Shown here: positions 27,000-40,730 of the stretch, in pieces
Layout of the letters: every line of letters starts with the position of its first letter
Position numbering within the stretch: the stretch's first letter is position 1
Source of the DNA: Octopus vulgaris
Taxonomy: Eukaryota
Assembly: GCA_951406725.2 (NCBI GenBank)
Contig: OX597823.1
Span: 98,394,001 to 98,458,000, forward strand
DNA: 64,000 bases
Direction: 5' to 3'
Program-made: the position numbers and the translations under genes
The notes under the pieces: generated by a model
Databases searched by the model: none
What the model saw: only the letters and a program-made list of their open reading frames with translations
What the model was told of the DNA's origin: nothing

Positions 27000-28438
27000 A
27001 GCAAACGGTATCTAAAGCCATGTTTGGTAATTTAATAAAACATCTCTAATCTTGTAAAACTGAAATGTATTTTAATAAAAATATATCTGCACAAGTTCTA
27101 GATGAGCTTCCTTACAAGACTATTCACCTTCACCTCTGATGGCTGCTCCATTTTGGGACTGGAATCATTAACATGCATGGTCTTTGTTCATTTCTGATGT
27201 CACCTGGACTATGGTAGCCATCAATGAAGCTATGATATTGTACAGATATCAGTTAGTCTCCCTTTCAACAACATTCCAAACATAGTATCCCATATGATTA
27301 AAATCTGAATAGTTTGGAGACCACAAGTCTGGAGGTACATGTTGGTAAAGATTGTGTATCATACAGTCTTGGATTACATGGGCTTAGTCTTGGTGAAACA
27401 TTTATGGGTTCTAGTGCATACTTCACCCATCCAGGGCTTAACGAATGTCTCCAACACCTCAATGTATTCAGCAAGTTTAATTCTAAGACCTTGAAGCATG
27501 TGAGGTGGTGTTGCGTGACCTTTGTTACTCACCACTCTTAGTCCTTTCACTACCAACCCAGCTGAAACCAGCTCTGGCTCTGAGTACAAATGTCTTGTTT
27601 TTGTAAGTTTTGAATTAAAATCTTCCACCAAACCTTAGTCACAATTTATGTTCCTAACACTAGCTTAATGATAATAAAGTTATTTTACTAAATTCTTTAT
27701 TATATTTAAAGTAATTAAAAGAAACACAGAGCATCTCAAAATAAATACACTAAAGAAAGGGTTAAAACCATCACAGTTGTTGGAAACTTAGTGTGTATCA
27801 GTTTGGAGACATCAGAAGGATCTGTACATAACTATCTGTCATTTCTCCTTTTGTTCAAGAATTTCTCATCAGAGAAGAACCAAAGCAAACCATATTAGTA
27901 AGGTTTTTTAACCTTGTTAAGTAATTGCTTGGCACAGAGCAAAAGGCTTTTCTGTGTCTTTGTAGATGTTTATAGGCCTCTTCTCAGAGCATACAACTTT
28001 TATTGAATGTGCTTGTGCATCACAGTTCTGATAGTTCACTCCCACATCTGAAGTTCTTTGGGTGATGGCCCTCATTGATTTTCTGGGATCATAACTGGTA
28101 ATGTTTTTAACCTGTTGGATGAAGTGTAGAGCCATTATAGTGTCTCAATATTTAGAATGATTTTTTTTAAAGCTTTGATACAGTTGAAACAATCTCACCA
28201 AATGTTTCTAATCTCATCTAAAATTTGTGAACAAAAAAATCCTGCAAAGGATTTTAGAAAGTTGGCAATTTCTAAATCACTGTATTCTGCAGACATGGTG
28301 ACAATGATGGCATGTCTTTTCATTTCTGTTGATAGTATTTTACCTACCATAAAAGATCTGAAACAACAAAAAATTGTTTTAATTGATTTGAAGAGAGAAA
28401 TAAACTGATAATTGTCATCAAATAATCCTTGCACACTG
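27000..28438 (-). mobile_element. Decayed IS630-Tc1-mariner (maT/DD37D-like) transposon
   Basis: Minus-strand peptides MKRHAIIV...DLEIANFLK, DPRKSMRAI, VVSNKGHATPPH..QGLRI..EYIEVLETFVKPWM, and WSPNYSDFN (cf. WPPNSPDLN). Terminus TA|CAGTGTGCAAG at 28438; left end approximate. Confidence 0.75.
27542..27761. mobile_element. TTAA-flanked MITE (piggyBac-type ends) nested in the transposase remnant
   Basis: ttag|tcctttc...gaaaggg|ttaa; near-identical to 34683-34902. Confidence 0.8.
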
Positions 28439-28489
28439 TATATACATGCATGGATCTATCTAACTACTTATCTGTCTGACTGTCTATCA

Positions 28490-28672
28490 GTATATATACA
28501 TGTGTGTATATTTATGTATGTGTGTGTATATATGTATATATATGTGTGTGTGTGTACATGTATATATATATATATGTTTATATGTATATATATATATGTA
28601 TGTGTATATATATGTGTATGTATATATGTATATGTGCATATGTTTATACATGTATGTGTGTATATATGCATA
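28490..28672. repeat. Degenerate (TG)/(TA) microsatellite
   Basis: Direct inspection. Confidence 0.9.
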
Positions 28673-29185
28673 TCAATTATTAGTTATGCAAATTAACAAG
28701 ACGTCCATGTTCAGTTGGATATATATATATACATGCACTCACACACCCACATGTGTGTACGCATCATAATCACCCACTTTTAACATCCACTTTTCCAAGC
28801 TTTCACGAGTCAGGCAGAATTTGTTGAGGCAGATTTTATCCAGCCTGATATCCTACCTATCATCAACCCTCAGTTATTTCCAAGGAAGCTGATATTTCCC
28901 CATCACCAGACATCTTATCATTGGAAACAAAAGACACTGCCTAAAGGACAGTGGCTCTCGTTTACAAACTCCATGTGATATAAAGGCAAGAAAACTCTAA
29001 CACACACCTGGGCAACCTTGGTTTTTTTTTTATCAAAGGAGTCTTTAACTTGATATTTGCACACTATAGTTCATAGTTTTACTTTCTTAAAATTTCACCA
29101 TTCCAAAAAGCAATTGTTTCCCATTCTTTTCATGTGTATAAATTCTTATATCAATAATATATATATATGTGTGTGTGTTTGTGTG

Positions 29186-29475
29186 TGCACATGGCTTAGT
29201 GTTGCATTCACAATCACTAGATCATGGTTTCAATTCCTAGATTGGGCGGTACTTTGTGTTCTTTAGAAAAATCCTTCATTTCACATTGCTCCGTGATCAC
29301 TTTGACAGCCAACATGCAACATACCATGCACCTGTTCAGGTAATGTCAATTTGATGACAGGAGTGACCTAATGTGCAGCACAAACATTTGATTTGTTATA
29401 AACAAGTCATTTGTACAGGTTGCTCAGCAAAAGCTGAACAGTCAAATGTCTTCTTTGACTGGTGAGACCGTCGTA
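29186..29475 (+). mobile_element. Decayed tRNA-derived SINE (family D)
   Basis: tggcttagtg A-box and ggtttcaattcc B-box; body similar to 45310-45590 (cttcatttcac, gtcaatttgatg, cacaaacat). Confidence 0.65.
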
Positions 29476-29494
29476 TATTTGTGTGTCTGTGTGT

Positions 29495-29650
29495 ATGACG
29501 GCCTCTTTTCAGTTTTCATCTACTGAATCCACTCATCGGGTTTTGGTGGGCTCAGGGCTATAGCAGAAGAGATTTGACCAATGTGCTACATAGTGTAACT
29601 GAACTTGAAACCATGTGGCTGGGATGCAAGCTTCTCAATCATAGTCATGA
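29495..29650 (-). mobile_element. SINE family C 5' half
   Basis: ttttcagttttcatctactgaatccactca...gaaaccatgtggctgggatgcaagcttct, similar to 24235-24345. Confidence 0.6.
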
Positions 29651-29799
29651 GTGTGTGCCATATATACATGGATGTATGCACAGATGGATGTATGTTTGCA
29701 TACATCCATGTATGCACATATGTATGTATATATACATGTATGTGTATGTATGCAATACACACACACACATTCATACACAAACAGGCACACTCATTTACA

Positions 29800-29873
29800 T
29801 ATAGACGTGTGTGTGTGTGTGTATATATATATCCACACATACACACACGTTTGTATGTATGTATATGTATGTA

Positions 29874-29909
<36 letters not shown>

Positions 29910-30431
29910 CATATATATATATTCATACATATATATGTGTGTATATATATATACATACATACATATGTATATGTATATACATATGTATGTATATATATAT
30001 GTATGTATATATACATATGTATGTATATATATATATATGTATATATACATATGTATGTATATATATATATATGTATATATACATATGTATGTATATATAT
30101 ATATATGTATATATACATATGTATGTATATATATATGTATGTATATATATATATATATGTATGTATATATATATATGTATGTATATATATATATGTATGT
30201 ATGTATATATATATATGTATGTATATATATATATATATATGTATGTATATATATATATGTATGTATATATATATATATATGTATATATATATGTGTATAT
30301 ATATATGTATATATATGTATGTATATATATATATGTATGTATATATATATATGTATATATATATGTATATATATATATGTATGTATATATATATGTATGT
30401 ATATATATTTATATATATATATATATATATG

Positions 30432-30484
<53 letters not shown>
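29800..30484. repeat. (TA)n/(TATG)n microsatellite
   Basis: Direct inspection. Confidence 0.95.
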
Positions 30485-30486
<2 letters not shown>

Positions 30487-30849
30487 CATACAAGAGTGAG
30501 CTAATGTGTGACATGAACATTTGATCATTATATTCATGCATACATATGCACACATATATATTATCGTTAGTATTTAATGTCTGTTTTCCAAGCTGGCATG
30601 GGTTGGAGCTGGCATATATATATATATCTGTATATATGCACACACACATGCATGCACACACACACACACACACACACACACGTATATGTTTCTGTCTGTG
30701 CATCAGAGTAAGATTGATTTTCTTCCGTATAATGCCCCACCTTTTTTGTATTTTGTTTTGTTTTTTTTTTGTTTGCTTGTTTTTACCCCGCTTCACTGAT
30801 TCTTGTCCACTCTAGCCCCCCCCCCCCCCCAAACACTCACGTGCTTTCC

Positions 30850-31045
30850 CAGTGCTGTTGTTGCTGTCATCATCGTCAACGATACTGCAACAACTGCTGC
30901 TGCGTGTGCTGTCGCTGCCATCACCAGCAGAGCACTACTGCTGCTACTACTGCCGCTGCTGCTGCTGATGTTGTTGTTGTTGTTGTTTATTTTTCCTGAA
31001 GAAGAGCGACACTGTTGTTCGCTGATGCTGCAGCTGATGCTATCG
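30850..31045. repeat. Degenerate trinucleotide (CTG)/(TTG) low-complexity tract
   Basis: Direct inspection. Confidence 0.75.
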
Positions 31046-31120
31046 TTGTGCCAAGAACAAATGTATTCCATCACATGCAAGTAAATTTGCCTCTCACTGC
31101 ATGCATATACATATACATAC

Positions 31121-31154
<34 letters not shown>

Positions 31155-33157
31155 ATGTATGTTTGTGTGTGTCTAGTGAGTGATGATAGACAAGATCTTT
31201 AACCATCTCTACTGACACCACCTGACTGAATCGGAGCATAACTTCTAGCATGTAGCAATCACTGTCACCATATAAGCTAATTGTGTTTTCAAGGATATTT
31301 CTAGCATTACGAGAGGAAAATATGGTGGTGAACTACCTGAACTTCTGTTAGAAAAGGTCAAACTCAACATTGGCTTTGTTGCCCTGTTCTTTTTGTCTTT
31401 CTCTTTCATCCCTCCCTGCTATTTTTTAAATATTTTTTCTTCTCCGTTGCACTGTTGTGATGCAGTCAGTATTCTGCTTCAACAGGCTCCCTTGCGGTTT
31501 TACCTCTTATAGAAGATTTTTGCCAGTACTCACTTGGCAAGGACCCTACTATTCTCCGTGGAAATTTTGTTGACAGAAGCTTTCATTGTCACTTACCCTA
31601 CTGAACGTTTGAAGTGGGCGTGTGTATGTGTCAAGGATGTTGTCGGTCTATCAACCATTGATAATATGTCATTATCCATATGAGCCCTGCCTTCGCCGCC
31701 AACACCTTGTCCTTGTCTGCCACCAGTTTCACTACCACAGCTACTTGTAAAACCATTTTGCTGCTGGTTTATTTTCTTGTGTCACCATCAGTACATCCTA
31801 TAGTTCCACTGGTACTCTCGCCATGCTCGAACGTTTTAGGATGTTGATAGTGGAAGCAGGTAGGCCTTCTTTCAACCTTTATTCTATATTCTTCATTGTT
31901 AATTTGCTTTTTAAGGTGTTGTCTTCTTTTTGATTTATTTTGTTAATGTTTTATCTTTATACAGAAGGTTTTTGTGTAAACATACAGTTTGATTTAACCA
32001 TGTATACATAAATAAGCTACTATATATGCATGTATGTACATAAATATATACACAGGTAACACATATACACACACCTCCATAAGTGTGATTATACTAATAT
32101 ACCTATTTCTGTTTGATGTGTGTGTATGTGTTTTCTTACACATAAGCAGTTATATGGATATTGTATGTAGATACAGAATGGTGCTAATTATGATCAATGC
32201 AATCATTATTCCTTTAAGGGTAGGACTACTAACGAAGCACCTTTATGTGAGCAGCAAATGGGTAAATACGTAAAAAAAAAAATGACAGTTCTCTTTTTTT
32301 TTTTAAACATTTATTTAGTTTTAGGTAGCTAAAAATTATTTCACCTGTCTTTTAATACAAGTAATCAGTTGGATGCAGTGGTTCGTTTAAAAAGTATTAA
32401 TTGTTGATTCAATTATTTTACGACTTTTCTTTTATTTTTATTTTATTTGTTGTAAATAATGTCTTATTTTTTATTAAAATCTGTTACAAATAAGTTATTG
32501 CTGTGATTAGGAAGAGGGATTTCAGTGTTGAGGTAGGGTTGAACAGGTAAATCAGCTTTACAACTCACTGACACACAATGATTCACACACACACACACAC
32601 GCACACTCTGGCACAACGTAGTCTGTCTGTCATTGTCTTAGTGAAGTACACTGTTGTATTTCCATAGATTATCAATCATTTTTGGCCTGGAATCACATGT
32701 CAAAATCTCCATCTATTTAGGAGATATTCTCATTGCATTTAATGTGAACTTGAAACAAATGATAGAGTTACACTGGTGGTGTGTATGTTTTCCCTATCAG
32801 TCACTCTGTCTTCACATCGTATACTTGTATAACGAGTATCCTCATTGTATGACTATGAAAATATCAAAAGTATATCTATCTGTCTATCTTTGGATGCATT
32901 GTCAGCTGTCTTTAAAACATTCCTCCCTTCTTTTACTATGGTGACATTTTCACATCGTTGAGTTGAATGACAATCATAATGTTCATAATAATGATCATAA
33001 TAATAACATTTACTTATATAAGCAGAAGGCCAAAAATGGGTGCAGGGAACAGTCACTTATATCAGCTTGACTGACACTTACTTTATTGACCCCCAGAAGG
33101 AAGAAGCTGTTGATAAGGATTATTTCAGTTAGCACAAACCCACACATTTGTGAAAGG

Positions 33158-33158
<1 letters not shown>

Positions 33159-33220
<62 letters not shown>
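33159..33220. repeat. (GA)n microsatellite
   Basis: Direct inspection. Confidence 0.95.
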
Positions 33221-33534
33221 GTGGGGAAGAAAGAAGTGAGAGCTAGCTATATGCTATAGAACCAACCCTAGCATATTACTGGTATTTCTTTTATTGATTC
33301 TGGGAGAATGAAAGGTAATGTCAATCCTGACAGAATTTTACTTCAGAATGTAAAGAAACTAAGTAGTGCAAGGTAATTAGCCGAATGCTTTTGACGATGA
33401 TGATAATTTTTAAATTTTCATACATAACTATGAAATTACCACAACACATTCTTGGTATTCACTGTATCAAGCCTGAGGAATGATAGACAAAATCATCACT
33501 CGAGGTTGATACTTAAATGAATTTTTATTTATTA

Positions 33535-33579
<45 letters not shown>

Positions 33580-34682
33580 CATGTATGTAAGAAGAGAGGG
33601 TGAGAGCTGTCATTATTCCTGAAGCGCACTGACACAAAGCAATGTCACAATAACTTGCCAGACCAATTCATTTGGCACAGTCATTATGTAGAAGCAGCTT
33701 CACTTGTTGCTCCAATGCTCTTTGCTTTCATAGTGTTGATAAAAAAAAGGCTTTCATCAATTCATCAGCATTGCTAGTTGTTATTCTGTTACCCATCACT
33801 TCAAAGAGATGTGTCTAACGGGGTCATGTACTTGTTCCTCTTGCCATCCTCACTCCTCATTGCAGCTCACTTGATGGGTGGATCACCCCCCCCCCTCACA
33901 TGTTATTGTCAGTAAATGTATCTGTGACTGTGGCCTCCCAGATCAGTTAGTGACCTGAAGTGTATGGAAAACAGGTGCAATGGTTGGATAAAACTGGACA
34001 GTTTCCAGCACCACTTCCAAATATCTGACCTTCTACCCATGCAACAAATTATTAAGATATTTTGCATGTCACCCTGCTACTCTTTAATGAAAATTTGGAT
34101 TTTTCTGAGCATGGCTGGCCATAGGATCACAGATTGTGAGACGGTGTGTGTAGCAGTCATTTGAACTGGTATCAGTATCTGGCTAGTATTTAATTTTTAA
34201 CATTAAAACATTGACAGGCCAGCTTGACCTGAGCAGGACCTGAACTTAGAATTTTTAAGGAGTGTAACTAGAAACAAGTAATTTTGTTTGGTATTCTATT
34301 AATTTTGGCAAATTTTTTTGCATTGGTATTAGACCATAGCTTTTTCAGGAGGAGAGGTAAAGTTCATTAAATCAACCCCACAATTTTATTAGTATTTTAT
34401 TGACTGTAAAGAAGTTCGAACTTGGGATATTATGTGTTATGAGAATGTCACAAATGAATTTATCTGGCATGCCTACCATTTCTACCAACGATCTTTTACT
34501 TTTGACATTGTACCACTCATAAAGAAAGAAGGTACAAACTAAAATCAATCTCTCTAGTACTTGAACTGTACTGTGCTTTCCTCTTACTCTCGAAGGATAG
34601 AAAGTAAAGTGAGCAGAATTTGAACTGTTGACCTAAAGGGGAATAACTACATTTTACAAGGTGCTTACCTCAATGATATTAA

Positions 34683-34902
34683 CCCTTTCATTACCAACCC
34701 GGCTGAAACAAGCTCTGGCTCTGAGTACAAATGTCTTGTTTTCGTAAGTTCTGAATTAAAATCTTCCTCCAAACCTTAGTCACAATTTATGTTCCTAACA
34801 CTAGCTTAATGATAACAAAGTTATTTTACTAAATTCTTTGTTATATTTGAAGTAATTGAAAGAAACATAGAGCATCTCAAAATAAATACAATAACGAAAG
34901 GG
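34683..34902. mobile_element. TTAA-flanked MITE
   Basis: TTAA|ccctttcatta...taacgaaaggg|TTAA; TIRs and TTAA TSD visible; second copy at 27542-27761. Confidence 0.88.
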
Positions 34903-35666
34903 TTAAAGAGAAGATTTCTAACATAGGCATAAGGTTGCAAATTCTGGAGGAAAGTAGAGTCTACTGTATTAAGTTCAGTGCTACACTGGTTCTTTATTTT
35001 GTCAACTCTGAAAGAATGAGAGTCAAAATTTATCATTGTAGTGTTTGAGGGATGTAATTAATTTCTGCAAGCTATTTCATTTATTACCTTAAGGATTTTG
35101 CCAACCACTTTATCCTTAGTAATAATAATGATGATGATGATGATGGTAATCCTTTCTACTATAGGTACAAGGACTAAAATTTTGGAAGAGGGAGTAAGTT
35201 GATTACATTGACTTCAGTGCTCAACTAGTACCTATTTTATCGACCAAGAAAGGATGAAAGGCTAAGTTGACCTCGGCAGAATTTGAACTCAGAACGTAAA
35301 GACCCACAAAATGCCACTAAGCATTTTACCTGCCTTGTTAATGTAGATGCCAGCTTGCTACTTAATAATAATGATAATAATAATAATAATGATAATAATA
35401 ATAATAATAATGGTTTCAAATTTTGGTACAAGACCAGCAATTTCAGGTGGAGAGAGTAATTTGATTACCAGTACACAACTGGTATTTATTTTATCAACTT
35501 TGAAAGGATGAAAGGCAAAGTCAACCTCAGCAGAATTTGAACTCAGAATGTAAAGGCAAAAGAAATGCCACTAAGCATTTTGCCTAGTATGCTAATGATT
35601 TTCCCAGCTTGCTGCCTTAGTAATAATAATGATAATAATAATAATAATAATAATAATTATAATAAT

Positions 35667-36218
35667 CTGCCCTGATGCAGTACCAGGCAGTGTCTCTCAT
35701 GGCTTCTGATCTTAACTGATTGGAAGTGTTATCATGTACATTGTTTTCTCTCGAAAAGATGGGCCACAGCAAATATTCTGCTCAATGCCACAGATTTGCT
35801 TGTCAGTTGTTTGACCTTAACCAGTTGACCATGTCCCTTAGTGGCTGATGATATGTGCATCTCTGATCACGAGCAGAAGTAGTGAGGAAGCATAATAACC
35901 ACGTGTTGAGAGGAATTCTTTGGGGTTTGAATAATTCACCTCTGGAAATATGGGTGTTTCGTTCAGCATCCTTAAAAAAACCTTATTCAGGGACCTTTTG
36001 AGCGGGATGGGCTACTCAAACTGAAAAAATTCTAACTGAGCCCCACCTGCAAGGCCATGCACTGTATATCTTGATATGAGATTACCATGTCAGGCACATA
36101 TGGTTGTGATGCATGTGTCTAGTGTACTCTTATCAGATGGGTAGTCATAATGGGTATACTGGGCTTCGTATATTTTACCCCAGTATCACTTTGACGGCAT
36201 GCACTGCTCTCCCACTCA
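35667..36218. mobile_element. ~550-bp non-coding interspersed element embedded in (AAT)n
   Basis: GC-richer block with sharp ends and (AAT)n on both sides; no ORF. Resembles a non-autonomous LINE derivative. Orientation uncertain. Confidence 0.6.
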
Positions 36219-36769
36219 ATAATAATAATAATAAAAATGGTTTCTTTTAATGAAGGGGACATTAGAAGGACAGGTTACAACTCTTGGTGGGGTTTCCATA
36301 AAAATGGTGGAAAAAAAAATAATGATGATTTCTGATTAAGGCACAAAACCAGCCACTTTGAGGGGAAGGGTTGACAATGGTGGTTGGTAGTTGCTCTATT
36401 TTATCTCCATTGAAAAGATAAAAGACGAAGTTGACCTCACTAGGATTTGAACTCAGAATATAAAGAGCTGGAACAAATACTGCACACACTAATTATTCTC
36501 ACAATCCGCCACTTTCAATAATAATTACTGCTATTACGACTATTATGATTATGATTATTATTTCTAATTTTGGTATAAAACCAGCAGTTTTGAGGGGAAA
36601 CTGCAAGTTGGTTACATTGACCCCAGTGCTCAGCTGGTCCTTATTTTATTGACCCCTGAAATGATAACAGGCAAAGTTGATCTTGGCAACATTTGAACTC
36701 AGAACGTACAGAGTTGGAAGAAAGGCCACTATGTATTTGACCCCACCCCCAATGCACTAACAATTTTGT

Positions 36770-36970
36770 CATTTTGTCAGCAATCTACTTTAAACTTGAT
36801 TAAAAACATTGCAGTTAAAGAAGTAGTAAGGTTCTCAAAATCTGCCAAATTAGAAAGGGAAAAAGCCATCGTCCCTCTTGGAAATGGTTTGGCAACAAGA
36901 AAGACATGCCAGAACTTTAGAAATCTCCTCACCCACCACCAGAACAGCTCATGCTTTTAGGAAGGCTTTT
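36770..36970 (+). pseudogene. Possible decayed C-terminus of an R4/Dong-type retrotransposon ORF
   Basis: NIAVKEVVRFSK...AIVP and RTAHAFR resemble the NIxxKExEKxxKY...VP and GTAHILR motifs; heavily eroded. Confidence 0.3.
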
Positions 36971-37513
36971 TCTGACTAGATTTTTCTGTAAAGGTTTGCA
37001 AGTTACTTACCCAGAAAGATTGAAAGGCAAAGTCAACCTGAGCAGGGTTTGAACTCAGAATGTAAAAAGACGAAAATATGTTGCTAAGCATTTTCTGTGA
37101 TATGCTAACAATTCTTCCGGATTGTCATTATTAAGATGATGATGATTCTTCCTGCTATAGGCACAAGGGCTGAAATTTCAGAGTAGGGGCTTGCTGATTA
37201 TATTGGTCTCCAGTGTTCAAAGGGTACTTATTTTATTGACCCCCACCCCCCAAAAAATGAAAGCTGAAATTGATCTCAGTGGGATTTGAACTCAGAATGG
37301 AAAGACTTGGAAGAAATACTGCTAAGCATTTTCTCTGATGCATTGATAATCCTGCAAGCTCACTGCCTTAATAATGATAATGATAATAATTTGTCATGGG
37401 AGTCCATTCATGTATACAGAGACAAGTTAGAAAAATGAGGTTTACAAAGGCATGTGAAGATGTACATACATAGTTACATAAAAATAAGGGAGTGGAGAAA
37501 GATCGTTATACAA

Positions 37514-38040
37514 TCATCATCATCATCATTTAACATCCACTTTCCATGCTAGCATGGGTTGGACGATTTTGACTGAGGGCTGGCGAACCAGATGGCTGCA
37601 CCAGGCTCCAATCTTGATCTGGCAGAGTTTCTACAGCTGGATGCCCTTCCTAACGCCAACCACTCCAAGAGTGTAGTGGATGCTTTTTACGTACCACCGG
37701 CATGGGACCAGTCAGGCGGTACTGGCAACAACCTCGCTCGAATCTTTTTACACATGCCACCGGCACAGGTGCCAGTAAGGCGACGCTGGTAACGATCACG
37801 CTCGAATGGTGCCCTTTTTCGTACCACCGACATGGAAGCCAGTTGGCTGTTCTGGCAACGATCACGCTCGGGTGGTGCTCCTGGCACCCTACAAGCACAG
37901 GCACAAGTGCCAGTAAGGCGACGCTGGTAACAATCACACTCGAATGGTGCCATTTTATGTGCCACTGGCTCGGAAGCTGGTTAGTCGTCGAATTTAATTT
38001 TGATTTCACTTGCCTCAACAGGTCTTCGCAAGCAGAGTTT
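37514..38040 (-). mobile_element. RTE family A 3' UTR copy with internal ~60-bp repeats and the stem-loop
   Basis: (ATC)n tail at left; cacttgcctcaacaggtcttcgcaag at ~38008-38032; homologous to 11020-11470. Confidence 0.88.
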
Positions 38041-38339
38041 AGTGACAATATAGATGCATATTAAAAATTGGTAACATAAACAACATGGTAGCTTTACGGC
38101 AGCAGCAGCAGCATCAGCAGCAGCACTGTCAGCTGTCTTTAGAAAACCTTGCACACTCGACCATGATGACATCAAAAGTGCAACTCAGTTTGATCCTGTC
38201 ATGTTGTGATTCTTAGTTTACCATTCAAAGAAAACTGAAAGACAAGAAGAAAAAAATAAGAGTGAATTTATAAAAGAAAGCTGAATGAAAGAAAAATAAC
38301 CATATTCCCTCACTCTTTGACTGTCTGTCTGTCTATTTT

Positions 38340-38690
38340 TTGACTAGTTTCGGCTATTGGGCTGTGGCCTTGCTGGGGAACTACCTTGAAGGGTTTAGTT
38401 GAACAAATGGATCCAAGTATATATTTCTTTTAAGCTTGATGTTTAGTTATCAGTCTCTTTAGCTGAACTGCTAAGTTATGGGTATGTAAACAAACCAGCA
38501 TCACAAGTCAAGCAATGGTTAGACACACACATGAGTTTCTGTCTACCAGATTCACTCGTAAGGCATTAATCAGCACAAGGGCTACAGTAGTAGTAGAAGG
38601 CCTTTGCCCAAGGTGCTCCACAGTGGGACTGAACCTAAAACCATGTGGCTGCAAAATGAGCTCTTTAATCAAGCAGCCTTTTTCCTTTCT
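38340..38690 (-). mobile_element. SINE family C
   Basis: Colinear similarity to 24015-24345. Confidence 0.7.
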
Positions 38691-39452
38691 TTCTACCATC
38701 TAATACCTACACAATTCAGATGAGCATGCAAGATGATGATCTTGCATTTAAACTCTTTATCTCTCACAAAATGAAAAACAAAACAAAATAACTCTAAAAA
38801 AAAAATTACATGTACACATATGTAAATACACTTACACACGCACACACACACACACACAGGCAGATACTAATTAATGAGCTCACACACATTAGCTCCAGCT
38901 GGCACCTGCATTCATTTTAGGCGGGACCCTTTCAGTGTATATAGTTGTTTAGCTTTACAAACCAGCAGTGAAGAAATCCTTGCAGACTGAATTTCTCTGT
39001 CTTTCTGCTTACATACCTCCAACTGCACTGAGTTGCTCACACCAGTCTGACATCCACCATTAACACTACCACTCTCATGCAAACAAGGAAGCCTGTACAT
39101 GGAAGCTTGGACTGTTAGAAATAGCAGCCATATCACACTATTATCAGCTTGCATCTTTATGAAGCTTAGCTGACAGTTTGTTTTGTTTCAGCATCACCAC
39201 AAGAGTAGTTTTTAATTTATGTTTTTGTATCAGCAGTGACAATTACTGATTGGACATGTTCTTTTATTGGAATTCCCACTCAACTCAAACCCTTCCTTAT
39301 ACTTTGGATTTCAGGTGCTAAAAGTACTGACCCACCTTCTTCCCCTTCTCTGTATTGTCACACACACACACATTCAATGGCTAGGTACTCCATTGGCTAC
39401 AATGATGAGTATTTCAGAACAACTGCAAAATGTATTGAGTGCCTTTTTCTTT

Positions 39453-39490
<38 letters not shown>

Positions 39491-39492
<2 letters not shown>

Positions 39493-39719
39493 CTTTACTA
39501 CCCACAAGGGGCTAAACACAGAGGGGACAAACAAGGACAGACAAACGGATTAAGTCGATTACATCGACCCCAGTGTGTAAATGGTACTTAATTCATCAAC
39601 CCCGAAAGGATGAAAGGCAAAGTCGACCTCGGCGGAATTTGAACTCAGAACGTAACGGCAGACAAAATACCGTAAAGCATTTCACCTGGCATGCTAACGT
39701 TTCTGCCAGCTTGCCGCCT
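39491..39719 (-). mobile_element. Well-preserved tRNA-derived SINE (family M)
   Basis: Minus strand aggcggcaagctggcagaaacgttagc...gagttcaaattcc B-box and gcctttcatcctttcgggg central block (Meta-domain-like); near-identical to 61803-62034. Confidence 0.88.
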
Positions 39720-40059
39720 ATGTGTGTGTGTGTGCATGTGCATATATATATATATATATATATATTTGTGTGTGGTGTGTGTATGTATCACCTGTATAGA
39801 TACTATTATAGACAAAACATATTTGTTACATTACTCTTCATCAAAATATGAGACATGAAACCCCTCTCAATACATAGACACACTACATATATACTGTGAA
39901 ACATTATTGACAGCATGCTTAGGCATGAACATCTCAACATCTCGTATCCTATCTTCTGTAAATCTTATAGTCATCTTTCTGTGTCTAGCCAAAGGTAATT
40001 AATATATCGTTTTATTATTAAAATATTCCCACTGTTTTTAATTCAAATCCACAATGTTT

Positions 40060-40233
40060 CAGGTGTATATGTGGGTGTGTGCACATGTGTGTGGGTGTGT
40101 GTGCATGTGCTTGGATGTGTATACATGTGTATGTATGCATGCATGTGTGTGTGAATTTTTGCATGCAGACGTTTGTGTGTGTGTGTTTACATTTGCTTAG
40201 ATTTAAATGCATATGTATATATTTATTTATGCA

Positions 40234-40275
<42 letters not shown>

Positions 40276-40692
40276 TGTTTAAGTGTGTATACATGTACAT
40301 ATGTACATATTTACATTGTGTGTGTGCGAATTCTTGCAAGCAAACACCTGTGTGTGTATGTATGCATCTGCATATATGTAAATGCATATATATTTGTGTG
40401 TGCATCTGTGTGTAAATTCTTGCCTGCAGACATTTTTGGCTGTCTATACAGATGTGTATTAGTTTATATGTTTATGTAATTTGTGTGTACATGTGTGTAT
40501 GTGTAGCTGTTTATGTATGTGTTGATGTGTGTGCTTGTACATGCATCTGTATGTGTGCATGTTTGAATATTGGCAGGTAGACATATGTGTGCATGTGTGT
40601 GTGAATGTGTTTGCATGTGTGAATACTTGTAGACAGACAACTGTGTGTGCATATGTATATGTGTGTGGTTGTATGCATGCTTATATCAATGC

Positions 40693-40730
<38 letters not shown>

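Larger units (their letters stand above)
33000..37372 (-). mobile_element. Cluster of same-orientation tRNA-derived SINEs (family M), separated by (TAA)n tracts
   Basis: Recurrent aggatgaaaggcaaagt(t/c)gacctc..atttgaactcagaa motif. Clear copies at ~35150-35362, 35410-35618, 36325-36510, 36560-36760, 37010-37130 and 37147-37370; older copies at ~33250, 34170, 34340, 34540 and 34910. Confidence 0.75.

Noticed and set aside
30769-31251. Poly-A/S/N/L ORFs
   Set aside because: Degenerate trinucleotide repeat without clear exon boundaries.
38727-38748. 9-bp hairpin atgcaagat-gatg-atcttgcat
   Set aside because: Short and isolated; expected by chance at this window size.
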